NCBI GenBank assembly: GCA_965221125.1
Contig: CBDCRW010000004.1
Location: forward strand, 288,001 to 352,000
DNA length: 64,000 nucleotides
Direction of reading: 5' to 3'
Origin: Alphaproteobacteria bacterium
Lineage (GTDB): Bacteria > Pseudomonadota > Alphaproteobacteria > UBA828
Below are positions 10,609 through 19,843 of this stretch, in pieces; position 1 is the first letter of the stretch, and the number at the start of each line of letters is the position of its first letter. A program made the position numbers and the translations under genes. The notes under the pieces were generated by a model. It searched no databases. It saw only the letters and a list, made by a program, of their open reading frames with translations, and was not told where the DNA came from.

Positions 10609-11469
10609 TTATGCGCCGAGGAAGAGGCGGCCCACTTCCGGGTCTTCGAGCAGGGCGTCGCCGGGGCCGGCCATGGCGAGGCGACCGGAGACGAGGACGT
10701 AGCCGATATCGGCGAACTCGAGCCCTTTCTTCGCGTTCTGCTCCACCATCACGATGGTCTTGCCGTCGCGGCGCTGCAGGTCCGCCAGGATTTCGAAAAC
10801 CATGTCGATGAAACGGGGCTCCAGCCCGATGGAGGGCTCGTCCACCAGCAGCACGTCCGGCTCCATGATGAGCGCGCGGGAGATTTCCAGCAGCCGCCGC
10901 TCGCCGCCGGAGAGCACGCCGGCCTTGCGGTGCCGGCGCCGGGCGAGCCTCTCGTAGCGGTCGAACACGCGCTCGGCCGCCTGTTTCGCGGCCGCCCGCC
11001 GGTCGAGCAGGAAGCCCCCCATGAGCAGGTTTTCTTCGACCGTCATGTCGGGGAAGACCGAGTTGTCCTGCAGCACGTAGGCGACGCCGGCGTCGGCGAG
11101 GCGGCGGCTGGAGGCGAGGCGGGTCACGTCGCGCCCGCCCACGTGGATACTGCCGGCCATCACGTCGGCGAAACCGAAGACGGCGTGGAGCACGGTGGAC
11201 TTGCCGGCGCCGTTCGGGCCGATGAGGCAGAGCGACTGGCCTTGCCCTGCCACGAGGTCGATGCCGTGCAGGATCTCCATGCGGCCGTAGCCCGCGCTCA
11301 AGGCCCGGATGTCGATCGCGGGCTCGCCCTGGCAGAGCGCCTCCAGGTCTTCCCGCGACGGCCCGTCGCCCGCAAGCTCCCGCGCAGCCTCCTCCACCGC
11401 GTCCACCGAGAGCGCGGTCTCGAAGTCCATCGGCACGTCGGGGTCGGTGCCGGGCGGCGTCGCGGTCAT
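10609..11469 (-). CDS. Branched-chain amino acid-type ABC transporter ATP-binding protein (LivF-like)
   Basis: GPNGAGKST, LSGGERRLL, LLVDEPSIGL, VEQNA. Confidence 0.92.
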   Translation of the reverse strand: MTATPPGTDPDVPMDFETALSVDAVEEAARELAGDGPSREDLEALCQGEPAIDIRALSAGYGRMEILHGIDLVAGQGQSLCLIGPNGAGKSTVLHAVFGFADVMAGSIHVGGRDVTRLASSRRLADAGVAYVLQDNSVFPDMTVEENLLMGGFLLDRRAAAKQAAERVFDRYERLARRRHRKAGVLSGGERRLLEISRALIMEPDVLLVDEPSIGLEPRFIDMVFEILADLQRRDGKTIVMVEQNAKKGLEFADIGYVLVSGRLAMAGPGDALLEDPEVGRLFLGA

Positions 11470-12212
11470 CAGCGCGCCCCCAGGTAGGCGTCGATCACGC
11501 GCCGGTCGTTGCGCAGCGCCTCGGGCGGGCCGCTCGCGAGCAGGCGGCCGTGGGCCAGGCAATGGATGTGCTCGGCCAGGCTCATGATCACGCGCATGTT
11601 GTGCTCGATGACGAAGAGCGTGACGCCGAACTCCCGGTTGGCGCGCTGCAGCCGCTCGATCACGCCGTTGATGAGCGTGGGGTTGATGCCCGCCGTGGGC
11701 TCGTCGAGCAGCAGCATGCGCGGGCGTACCATCAGCGCCATCGCAAGCTCCAGCAGCTTGCGCTGGCCGAAGGAGAGCTCGCCCGCTATCAGGTGGCGCT
11801 TGCCGTAGAGGCCGCAGAAGGCGAGCAGCGCCTCCGCCCGCTCGCGCGTCTCGGCGGAGACCGGCCGCATGAGCTGGAAGAGCCCGTGCCCTGCCTCGGC
11901 ATCGCTGATCGCCATGTTCTGCAGGCCCGTCATCTGCACGAAGACGTGGGTCTGCTGGAAGGTGCGAATCAGCCCGAGGCGGGCGATCTCGGCGGTGCGC
12001 AGGCGCGTGATCTCGCGCCCCTCGAAGCGGATCGAGCCGCCGTCCACCGGGTGATAGCCGACGATGGAGTTGAAGAGGGTGGACTTGCCGGAGCCGTTCG
12101 GCCCGATCAGGCCCACCACCCGGCCCTCCGGTACTTCCAGCGATATGTCCTCGTTGGCGGTGATGCCGCCGAAGCGCTTGGTGGCACCCCGGATCGCGAG
12201 CTGCGCGCTCAT
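11469..12212 (-). CDS. ABC transporter ATP-binding protein (LivG-like)
   Basis: GPNGSGKST, LSFGQRKLLE, LDEPTAG, IEHNM, AYLG; start re-chosen at MSAQL. Confidence 0.92.
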   Translation of the reverse strand: MSAQLAIRGATKRFGGITANEDISLEVPEGRVVGLIGPNGSGKSTLFNSIVGYHPVDGGSIRFEGREITRLRTAEIARLGLIRTFQQTHVFVQMTGLQNMAISDAEAGHGLFQLMRPVSAETRERAEALLAFCGLYGKRHLIAGELSFGQRKLLELAMALMVRPRMLLLDEPTAGINPTLINGVIERLQRANREFGVTLFVIEHNMRVIMSLAEHIHCLAHGRLLASGPPEALRNDRRVIDAYLGAR

Positions 12213-13183
12213 GCCCGCTCGCTCCCGTGGCCGCGGTGCTCGTGGCGCGCGGGCCAGCGGGTCCGCGCCCAGCCGAGGATGCCTTGCGGGAAGAACACCA
12301 CGATGGCGACGATGATGACGCCGAGCGCCACGCGCTGCCAGCCGAGCAGGTGGGTCCAGAGCAGCTCCTGCGTGATGTGGAAGATGGTGGCGCCGAGCAC
12401 CGGGCCCCAGAGCGTCCCCTTGCCGCCGAGGATCGCCATCAGCACCATCCAGACGCCGAAGGTGGCGCCGGCGAAGGCGGTATCGCGCGGGTCGACGAAG
12501 CCCAGCATATTTCCCATAGCCCCGCCCACGAGGCCCAGCACGAAGGCCGCCAAGGTCCAGGCCGTGATCTTGTAGAGGCCGGTGTGGAGCCCCATCGCCT
12601 CGGCCTTGTCCTCGTTGTCGCGAATGGCGTTCAAAGCGAGGCCGAAGCGGGTGCGGTAGAGCAGGGCGAGCGCGGCGAAAAGGAGCGCGGCCAGGCCGAA
12701 GTAGAGATAGGCGAAGAAGAGGTTGGCGCTCGCCGGCGCCGCGGGGAAGAGGGGCGGCGAAAGGCCGGAGCCCGCGCCCACGAACTCCCACCCGCCCGCG
12801 ATCTCGCCTGCGGCGATGCCGAGGCCCAGCGTCGCGATGGCGAAGTAGTGGCCCCGCATGCGGAGGATCATGGAGCCCAGCACGATGGCGAGCGCGGCCG
12901 CGATCCCGGCGCCCGTGACCATGCCGAGCACGAGGCCGGGGAAGTAATCGAGCCCTGCGTCCCGCTGCACGACGACCGAGGCGTACATGCCGACGCCGAA
13001 GAAGAGGATGTTGCCGAAGCTGTTGTAGCCGGTCTGCCCGCCGGTGATGTCCCAGGTCTGGGCCATGATGACGAGCGCCCAGAGCATCGCGATCTGCGCC
13101 CGGTAGTCGGGGATCGTGAAGGGGAGCGCCAGGCCTGCGGCGGCGACGCCCAGCATGAGCAGCGGCTGGCGGCGGAGCGTCAC
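12209..13183 (-). CDS. ABC transporter permease (LivM-like)
   Basis: GQTGYNSFG, LRMRGHYFAIATL, AIRDNEDKAEAMG. Confidence 0.92.
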   Translation of the reverse strand: MTLRRQPLLMLGVAAAGLALPFTIPDYRAQIAMLWALVIMAQTWDITGGQTGYNSFGNILFFGVGMYASVVVQRDAGLDYFPGLVLGMVTGAGIAAALAIVLGSMILRMRGHYFAIATLGLGIAAGEIAGGWEFVGAGSGLSPPLFPAAPASANLFFAYLYFGLAALLFAALALLYRTRFGLALNAIRDNEDKAEAMGLHTGLYKITAWTLAAFVLGLVGGAMGNMLGFVDPRDTAFAGATFGVWMVLMAILGGKGTLWGPVLGATIFHITQELLWTHLLGWQRVALGVIIVAIVVFFPQGILGWARTRWPARHEHRGHGSERA

Positions 13184-14082
13184 TTGAGGAACTGCCTGCG
13201 CCGCTGCAGCAGCGTGCTACGGATGACGAGGATCACCACGAGGAGGATGAAGACGAAGGCCACCTGGTACTGCACGCCCAGGATGAAGCCCGCGAAATTC
13301 TCCGCCGCGCCGAGGCCCAGGCCTGCCACGATCACGCCCGGCAGATTGCCGAGCCCCGCCACGATCACGATCATGAAGGAGCGCACGGTGTAGGGCAGCC
13401 CGATGTAGGGGTGGACCGAGTAGGCCATCACGACGAGCGCGCCGGCGGCGCCGCAGAGCGCGGCGTTGATGCCGTAGGTGGCGGCGAAGACGCGGTTCGT
13501 GTCGATGCCGAGGATGCGCGCAGCCCGCGGGTTTTGCGCGGTGGCGCGGATCGCCTGGCCCAGCCTGCTCCTCTTGAGGAAGAGGATGAGCACGCCGCCG
13601 ATGGCGATGGCGCCGCCGAAGGCCGCGACCTTCATCTGCGAGACGGTCACCGTGTAGTCGAGCAGGAACCACGTGCCGAGGCCCGACTGGGCCGTCTTCA
13701 CGTCGCCGCCCCAGATCTGGTTCATGAGCTGCTGCAGCAGGATGGAGAGCCCGAACGTCGCCAGCAGCGAGATGAACATGTCGCGGTCCGCCACCCGCCG
13801 GATCACCGCATGATGCAGGCCGGCGCCGACGAAGTAGAGGACGATGGCGGCCACGGGCACGCCCCAGAGCGGGCTCAGCCCCCAGAGGGTGAGCTGGTAC
13901 GTGATGAAGCCGCCCAGCATGACCAACTCGCCCTGGACGACGTTGATGACGTTCATCACGCCCCAGACCAGCGCCATGCCGTAGGCTGCCACGGCGAAGA
14001 TCGCGCCGATCATCAGCCCGTCCAGCAGGAGCTGGAGGATGAGGAACGGTGCGTCGCCCAGGAGTGCGACGTTTGCAGCCAT
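13180..14082 (-). CDS. ABC transporter permease (LivH-like)
   Basis: GMALVWGVMNVIN, LGQAIRATAQN, GLGNLPG. Confidence 0.92.
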   Translation of the reverse strand: MAANVALLGDAPFLILQLLLDGLMIGAIFAVAAYGMALVWGVMNVINVVQGELVMLGGFITYQLTLWGLSPLWGVPVAAIVLYFVGAGLHHAVIRRVADRDMFISLLATFGLSILLQQLMNQIWGGDVKTAQSGLGTWFLLDYTVTVSQMKVAAFGGAIAIGGVLILFLKRSRLGQAIRATAQNPRAARILGIDTNRVFAATYGINAALCGAAGALVVMAYSVHPYIGLPYTVRSFMIVIVAGLGNLPGVIVAGLGLGAAENFAGFILGVQYQVAFVFILLVVILVIRSTLLQRRRQFLK

Positions 14083-14162
14083 GACGTCTCGGCCGGGTGG
14101 GTCTCGCGGCCGTTAGCGCGGGCCGGTCGGGTCTCTGGGCGAGCGGTGCGTGCGGGCCCCGC

Positions 14163-15401
14163 CTACCGCTCGGACCATGGCGGCGTCGGGTGGCGGACCT
14201 CCGAGGCCGCCCATCTGGTCGGCGCGACCACGACGTAGGCGCCGTCCTGAATCTGGTAGAGCACCATCGGCTTGGCGATGTTCTTGCCGGTCTCGTCGAA
14301 CCTGATGTTGCCGTAGAAGGTCTGCATCTCGGTCGCCGCCAGCGCATCGCGCACCGCGTCCTTGCCGAAGCCGCCGGCACGCGCGAAGGCGTCGGCGAAG
14401 ACCAGCACCGCAGCCGCGGACTCGGCGGCCTGGTAGGGCGGCGCGTAGCCGTATTCCGCCTCGAAGGTCGCGGCGAAATCGGCCGCCGAGCCGAACACGT
14501 CGTCCTGGTACGAAAGCGTCGGCGCCCACTGGCTCGCGCAGAGCGTGTATTCCGAGGCCGCGCCGAACTTGCCGATCACGTCGGCGCTGTCGCAATGGGT
14601 GATCGCCAGCATCGGCACGTCGACCCGCATCTCCTCGACCTGCCTGACCGCAAGCGCCGCACCCTTGGAGTGGCCGGAGATGACGAGGATGTCGGGCTTC
14701 ACCGCCTTCGCCTTGGCGAGCGTCGCCGCCATGTCGTTGAGCTCGGGCGGGAGCTGGTCGTCGATCACGACCTGGATGCCGAATTTCGCGGCATCGGCGA
14801 GCACGCCCGCGCGGATGTCCTGGCTGAAGGGATCGTTCTCGAAGGCACCCGCGAGCTTCAGCGTCGCCGGGTCGCGCCCCTCGCGCTCGGCAAGCTCGGC
14901 CGCGAGCGCGACCGCGCTGGCCAGGTACTGCTCCGTGGTCGACAGCACCGCGAAGAGGTAGCGATAGCCCTTGTTGAAGAGCTGGAGCGAGGCGCCGTTC
15001 GCCTCCACCATGGGCACGCCGTACTGCTCGGTGACCGGCGCGATGGCCTTGGTGAGCCCGGAGCTGTAGGGGCCCAGCATGAAGTCCACGCCGTCCTGGT
15101 TGATCAGCCGCTCGGCGAGCTGCGCGCCGCGCGCGGGCGTCGATTCGTCGTCGTAGTAGATGACTTCGAGGCGGTAATCCTTGCCGCCGACCGCGATGCC
15201 GCCGGCAGCGTTGATCGTCTTGATCGCAAGATCGTAGCCCCGCTGGGTGTGCTCGCCGGCGGTGGTGTACTTGCCCGTGAGCGACACCGCGGCGCCGAGG
15301 TAGACGGTATCGCCCTCCACCTTCGCCTGCGCCGCGCCGGCCGCGAGCATGCTCAGGCCGAGCGCTGCGATAGCGGCCGTCGCGGCCCATCCTTTCCACA
15401 T
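14163..15401 (-). CDS. ABC transporter amino acid substrate-binding protein (LivJ/K family)
   Basis: Signal peptide, GAAVSLTG, YYDDES, LGPYSS; RBS-like GGAGG before ATG 15401. Confidence 0.9.
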   Translation of the reverse strand: MWKGWAATAAIAALGLSMLAAGAAQAKVEGDTVYLGAAVSLTGKYTTAGEHTQRGYDLAIKTINAAGGIAVGGKDYRLEVIYYDDESTPARGAQLAERLINQDGVDFMLGPYSSGLTKAIAPVTEQYGVPMVEANGASLQLFNKGYRYLFAVLSTTEQYLASAVALAAELAEREGRDPATLKLAGAFENDPFSQDIRAGVLADAAKFGIQVVIDDQLPPELNDMAATLAKAKAVKPDILVISGHSKGAALAVRQVEEMRVDVPMLAITHCDSADVIGKFGAASEYTLCASQWAPTLSYQDDVFGSAADFAATFEAEYGYAPPYQAAESAAAVLVFADAFARAGGFGKDAVRDALAATEMQTFYGNIRFDETGKNIAKPMVLYQIQDGAYVVVAPTRWAASEVRHPTPPWSER

Positions 15402-15487
15402 GACCACCCTCCATGAGCGATTGGCTGGCGTTTTCGGCATGGTGGCGAAGGCCGGCTGCACTGTCCACCGCCCGCCGCCATGCCGAA

Positions 15488-16264
15488 CTAGAATAAGTGA
15501 CGCAGGGAGACCCGAAGCCCGTGGCTTCGCAGCGGCGCCTCGCTCGCGGCCTGATCGAGCGGGCGCGGCTCCCTGCTCCCGTCGCGCCAGACCACCCGGC
15601 CGCCGCCCGTCGCGGTTTCGGCGACGCCGAGATCGCAGTACCTCCACGCCAGGTCCAGCGTCGTGCTCTCGCTCAGCGCAGTTGCGACGCCCGCCGTCAC
15701 CATCCAGGCGAAACCGCTCCGGCTCTCGCCGGGCACACGTGTCGTCGTCGTGGGGAACATCATCCGCGTCTCGTCTGTCGCGATCCGGGCGGCGCCGATC
15801 CCGGCTCCGAGGAAAGGGTCGAACGGGCCGAGCCTCGGCAGGCCCAGTGCCGGGAGGTCCGCGTAAGCGGCGATCATTCCCGTCAGGACGGAGAGGTCGA
15901 CCGACACCGACTGCCGGCGCGCCGGCGCCAGGAAGTTAGCGCGGCCCGAAAAAGCAAGGCGAGGACGGTACTCGACGAGAGCCTCGATCCTCACGGCCGG
16001 AACGAGGGTGCCGCCGATCCCGACTTCGAATGCAGCCCCCGTCCCGAAGTCGCCCACCGAGCGATACGGCGCGCCGTCTGGGGCAGGGCCGCAGCCGTAC
16101 AGCGGGACCGGCGCTTCCATTTCACAGTTCTTGTCGCGGAACTCCGTCCCTGTCGGGCGGTCGAGGCCGATTCCGGCCCGCAGATAAACGTCCTCCGCCG
16201 CCGCGGCCCCAGTGCTTATTGCTGCCGCGAGCGCAACGCAGGCGCCGACGAGATGCTGCCGCAC
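15488..16264 (-). CDS. Outer membrane beta-barrel protein (OmpW/opacity-porin-like)
   Basis: C-terminal part of the 585-aa ORF; GAGGAG RBS then GTG 16264, signal peptide, PFLGAGIG, FAWMVTAGV, LDLAWRY, terminal Phe. Confidence 0.8.
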   Translation of the reverse strand: MRQHLVGACVALAAAISTGAAAAEDVYLRAGIGLDRPTGTEFRDKNCEMEAPVPLYGCGPAPDGAPYRSVGDFGTGAAFEVGIGGTLVPAVRIEALVEYRPRLAFSGRANFLAPARRQSVSVDLSVLTGMIAAYADLPALGLPRLGPFDPFLGAGIGAARIATDETRMMFPTTTTRVPGESRSGFAWMVTAGVATALSESTTLDLAWRYCDLGVAETATGGGRVVWRDGSREPRPLDQAASEAPLRSHGLRVSLRHLF

Positions 16265-16329
16265 GGACCGCGCTCTCCTCCGCCGCGGCACGTTGGAATC
16301 GGGAGGGAGCAACCCGGTCGGGCCTCGCC

Positions 16330-17475
16330 CTACCACTGGGAGCGCGCCTGGATAGGCCAGATGTCCACCAGCGTGTCGCCACGCACGCAGTGATAGACGT
16401 CGTAGAGCAGGAGCGTCTGGTAGCAGTGCGGCACGATGCACTCCAGCGCGTCGCCCACCTGCGGCTGCGACGCGCCCTCCGGCACGGTGACGCGGCCCAT
16501 GTCGTCGCCCACCAGCTCGTAGAGCGAGTCCGGGTGCGCGCCCGAGGCCACGCGGGGCGGGAACTCCTCGCGCTGCAGCTCCTTGATCCCGGCGTCGGTG
16601 ACAACGAATTCGTCCCGCGCGCTGATCACCGTGGTGCGCACGAAGAGCGATGTCTCGAAGGGATGCGGGTTGTCGGGCTCGAATGGCGTGTCGGCGTAGT
16701 TCACGTCCATGAAGATGTAGCTGCCGGCCTGGCACTCGGTGAAGAGCCCGGCGGCCGCGTCGATCGCGTAGGTGCCGGTGCCGCCGCCGGAGACGATCTC
16801 GGGCGCGAGCCCCTCGGCCGCGAGACGCTCGCAGAGCGTGACCAGCGGCGCCGTGCAGCGCTCCTGCTCCGCGCGGCGGGCGGCGAAGTCGGGCTCGCGC
16901 TGAAAGGAGCCGTTGTAGCCCTGTATACCGGCGTAGACAGCGCCCTCTGTCCCGGCGATGTGGCGGGCCAGCGCCAGCGCATCGTCTGCCGAGACGAGGC
17001 CGGTGCGCCGGCCGCCCACCTCGAAGTCCACCAGCATGCGGAGCGGCTTGCCGTGCGCCTTCGCCGCCTGTGCGAGGCGGTCCACCACCGCCGCATCGTC
17101 GACGGCGACGAGCAGCCCGTCCGCGCGGGCATTGAGCCGGGCGAGGCGCGCGATCTTGGGCTCGGTCACGACCTGGGAGAAGAGCAGCACGCCCGGGATG
17201 CCGGCATCGGCCATCACCTCGGCCTCGGCCAGCGTGGCGCAGCACTGGCCGAGCGCGCCGGCCGCGATCTGGCGCTTCGCCACCTCCACGGACTTGTGGA
17301 TCTTGGCGACCGGGCGGACCCCGTGGCCCTCCCTGCCCAGGTAGTTGGCGAGGTAGGCGATGTTGCGCTCCAGCCGGTCGAGGTCGAGCACCAGCGCCGG
17401 CGTGGACAGCATCGTGCGCGAGCCCTGCCGGCCGATCAGGGGTTCGTTGGGGCCGCGCTCTCCGATAGCGCTCAT
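16330..17475 (-). CDS. PLP-dependent D-threonine aldolase / DSD1 family protein (alanine racemase fold)
   Basis: TPALVLDLDRLERN, RPVAKIHKS, SGGGTGT, ECQAGSYIFMD, IVPHC. Confidence 0.88.
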   Translation of the reverse strand: MSAIGERGPNEPLIGRQGSRTMLSTPALVLDLDRLERNIAYLANYLGREGHGVRPVAKIHKSVEVAKRQIAAGALGQCCATLAEAEVMADAGIPGVLLFSQVVTEPKIARLARLNARADGLLVAVDDAAVVDRLAQAAKAHGKPLRMLVDFEVGGRRTGLVSADDALALARHIAGTEGAVYAGIQGYNGSFQREPDFAARRAEQERCTAPLVTLCERLAAEGLAPEIVSGGGTGTYAIDAAAGLFTECQAGSYIFMDVNYADTPFEPDNPHPFETSLFVRTTVISARDEFVVTDAGIKELQREEFPPRVASGAHPDSLYELVGDDMGRVTVPEGASQPQVGDALECIVPHCYQTLLLYDVYHCVRGDTLVDIWPIQARSQW

Positions 17476-17623
17476 GTGAGTTCCTCGCTCTTGGTTGATT
17501 GCCGTCTGCTCGCGGACGGAGCCGTGTCGCACCATGCTTGTCGCGCGGCCATCGTGGCGACCGGATCAGTGGGGACCGAGCATATCGATTGTTCGGGTTT
17601 CGTCAGATGGGATCGTGACTTGA

Positions 17624-19713
17624 CAGGAACATTTTTTAGTCATGGCTGAGAGGGCGGGATGACCGAGAGCGGGCAGGCTTGGGCCGATGAAGGTCCTGGC
17701 CGAGCTTGGCTGGGCGGCTGCATGGGGTCCGCGGGGGCCGGTAGGGCTCGGTTTTCGGGCTCGCCGGGCAAAGCGATCCCGCCGCGCCGTTCGACGGCGC
17801 GTCCCGTCGCGCTCTGCGACGCGGTTACGCCCGCAGGATCATGCAGCGGGCGCGATCAGGATCGCGTCGAGAGCCTCCTGGGCGCGGGCGGCATAATGCC
17901 GGTTGGCCTCGGGCAGGAAGCGGAAGCGCCCGTCGCAGCGCACGATGGCGATGGCCGCGTTGGTCAGGCAGGAGAGATTGCGCGGCAGGTGGCGCACGTA
18001 CGCCCGGCAGCGGTCTTCGTCATAGGTGAAGTCGCGCACGTAGTGCAGCCGGTTCTCGATGTGCCAGTGATTGCGGACCAGAGCCAGAAGCTCCTCGGGC
18101 CCGGCGCGGTCTGCGCCGAGCGAGGTCAGGCTCCAGGTCACCTCGACGCTGCGCTCGCCGGTCTTGAGGATCTCGCGCTCGCGTTCGATGCGCATCGCCT
18201 GGCGGCGTCCGTGAAGGTTGGCGTAGCCGTCCCATTCGGCAGCGGAGAGGTCGACGACGGCGCAGCGGCGGCGCTCGATGCGGCCATGGCCCTTGTCGAC
18301 GGTTTCGTGCCAGGGCGCGTCGGAGAAGTCGATCGCCTTGAGGTCTTCGAGGATGGTCTCCTGATTGTCCTTCACCGCGGTGACCACGTAGTCGGCGCGA
18401 CGCCCGAGCAGGCAGCGCGCGGTCTCGTGCTGGGCGTGCATCGCATCGAGGGTGACGGTCCGGCCTGCGAGGTCGAGACTGCTGGAGAGTTCGCGCACGG
18501 CGGGGATCTCGTTGCTCTTTCTATCGACCTCGACCTGTCCCAGGACCATGCCGGTCTTGTGCACCAGCGCCGCGACCATCATGCGCCGCCCGTCTTCGGT
18601 CTGCTTCGAGGCGCCGCGCAGGTCCTTTCCGTCCATGGCGACCGGGGCGTGCGCGCCGTCGTGCTGGCCGGTCCACCGGCCGATGGCGTTGTCCAGCGTC
18701 TCCGGCGGCAGGGCGGCGAGGATGTTGTGGAAGGTGGTGATCGCGGGCGCGGTGTAGCGCTTCTTCGAAGGGCTCCAGAACGCGCCGACCGCCTCGAGCT
18801 GCTCCTGCGAGAGCAGGGCGGCGAACTGGGCGAAGGCTGTCGAGCCCCGGTAGCCGGCAAGGCGGGCGGCGACGGCAACCGCCAGCACGGTCTTCAAGGG
18901 ATAGCGCTTGCCCCGGGCATGGCGGCACTCGGGCACCTCGCCCAGGCACTCGAACAGGCTGCGCAGCCGGGGCGCCGTCATCGGCTCGCTGTGTTGCTCG
19001 GCGTTCCAGTTCGCCGGGATCTCGGCCCGGCTCAGCGCTTCGGCGGCGCCATCGCTAAGTTCGAACACGAAGACCTCCTTGGGCTGGCCGTGGTGGCGCC
19101 AGCGCGGAGCAGCTCCGGGGTCACGGGCAAAGCCGCGCGTCATCCCCAGCGAGCGCCAGTTCGACGCGCGGTAGCAGGTGCCGGCGAAGCGCGCGGGATC
19201 GACGAAGGTCTCGGCCAGGAGCGCCGGGTATCCATGCACCGCCTGGGTGTCCGCAGACAGCCGCCGCAGGCTCAGCCCCAGAACCCGCGAGGCCAGGTTG
19301 GGAACCCGCTCAGGCGTCAGGATCACGAAGCGCGAGTTGTTCGCGATCAGATGCAGGCGCCGGAACTGCTGCTCCGCCGACCAGCCGATCCAGCGGTCGC
19401 GCGCGGCCAGCTTGAACGCGCCCGGCTGCCAGCCGATCAGGGCGAGCCAGGTCTCGCCATGCACCGCGACATGGCGCAGCCCCTTGCCGACGACGCCGTG
19501 GAATCGCAGGTAGTGGTGCTCCTCCACCAGCCGGTCCCAGCGCCGGTGCTCCCGCGCGCCCCAGGTCGGGCGCACCGTGACCGCACGCAGATCAATGGAC
19601 GAATCCAGGCCCGGCAACGTCGCCATGGCCGCTACACTGCCACAGCGAAAACGAAATGACCAGCGCCGCGATCACCTCACGCCGCTCGCCGGGCGGACAA
19701 AAAACGAGCCCTG
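17624..19713 (-). mobile_element. ISAs1-family insertion sequence (~2.1 kb)
   Basis: End at 19713 reads CAGGGCTCGTTTTTTGTC on the minus strand; 17624 reads CAGGAACATTTTTTAGTC (12/18 identical). Direct repeat GTGACTTGA at 17615-17623 and 19716-19724. An alternative inner end, TAGGGCTCGGTTTTC, lies at 17742. Confidence 0.75.
17839..19626 (-). CDS. ISAs1-family DDE transposase with N-terminal DUF4338 (DruA-like) domain
   Basis: C-terminal: AMDGKDLRG, KSNEIPA, VTLDAMHAQ, VKDNQ, KGHGRIERR, RNHWHIENRLHYVRD. N-terminal: HHYL, ARDRWIGWS, IANNSRFVIL, NLASRVL, LAETFVDP.RF.GTCYRASNW. Confidence 0.9.
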   Translation of the reverse strand: MATLPGLDSSIDLRAVTVRPTWGAREHRRWDRLVEEHHYLRFHGVVGKGLRHVAVHGETWLALIGWQPGAFKLAARDRWIGWSAEQQFRRLHLIANNSRFVILTPERVPNLASRVLGLSLRRLSADTQAVHGYPALLAETFVDPARFAGTCYRASNWRSLGMTRGFARDPGAAPRWRHHGQPKEVFVFELSDGAAEALSRAEIPANWNAEQHSEPMTAPRLRSLFECLGEVPECRHARGKRYPLKTVLAVAVAARLAGYRGSTAFAQFAALLSQEQLEAVGAFWSPSKKRYTAPAITTFHNILAALPPETLDNAIGRWTGQHDGAHAPVAMDGKDLRGASKQTEDGRRMMVAALVHKTGMVLGQVEVDRKSNEIPAVRELSSSLDLAGRTVTLDAMHAQHETARCLLGRRADYVVTAVKDNQETILEDLKAIDFSDAPWHETVDKGHGRIERRRCAVVDLSAAEWDGYANLHGRRQAMRIEREREILKTGERSVEVTWSLTSLGADRAGPEELLALVRNHWHIENRLHYVRDFTYDEDRCRAYVRHLPRNLSCLTNAAIAIVRCDGRFRFLPEANRHYAARAQEALDAILIAPAA

Positions 19714-19719
19714 GGGTGA

Positions 19720-19747
19720 CTTGACGAGTCGATACCCGGACCAATAT
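19720..19747 (+). promoter_or_regulatory. Candidate sigma70 promoter for the leader/NYN transcript
   Basis: CTTGAC(19720-25)-N16-CAATAT(19742-47), similar to the alphaproteobacterial CTTGAC...CTATAT consensus. Confidence 0.45.
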
Positions 19748-19750
19748 CGT

Positions 19751-19830
19751 GTCCACCTTCTATGGACCCCATCGTTCCCTCGGGCACGGTGGGTATTGAA
19801 TGGGGCCGGCATTCGCCGGCCCATTTTTTT
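19751..19830 (+). ncRNA. Candidate small structured RNA / attenuator leader upstream of the NYN gene
   Basis: Hairpin 19766-19794 (acccc-atcgt...acggt-gggt), then a terminator hairpin and T7; located between the candidate promoter and the ATG. Confidence 0.45.
19799..19830 (+). terminator. Intrinsic terminator-like hairpin upstream of the NYN start codon
   Basis: gggccggc-attc-gccggccc (19803-19822) followed by a and TTTTTTT. Confidence 0.75.
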
Positions 19831-19843
19831 CGAAGGGGCGTCG

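Noticed and set aside
15488-17245. 585-aa ORF as one protein
   Set aside because: The N-terminal portion is an off-frame overlap of the DSD1-like gene; the real gene starts at GTG 16264 with an RBS and signal peptide.
17839-19626. Complete Druantia defence system
   Set aside because: Only a DruA-like domain inside an IS; no DruE helicase or other dru genes.
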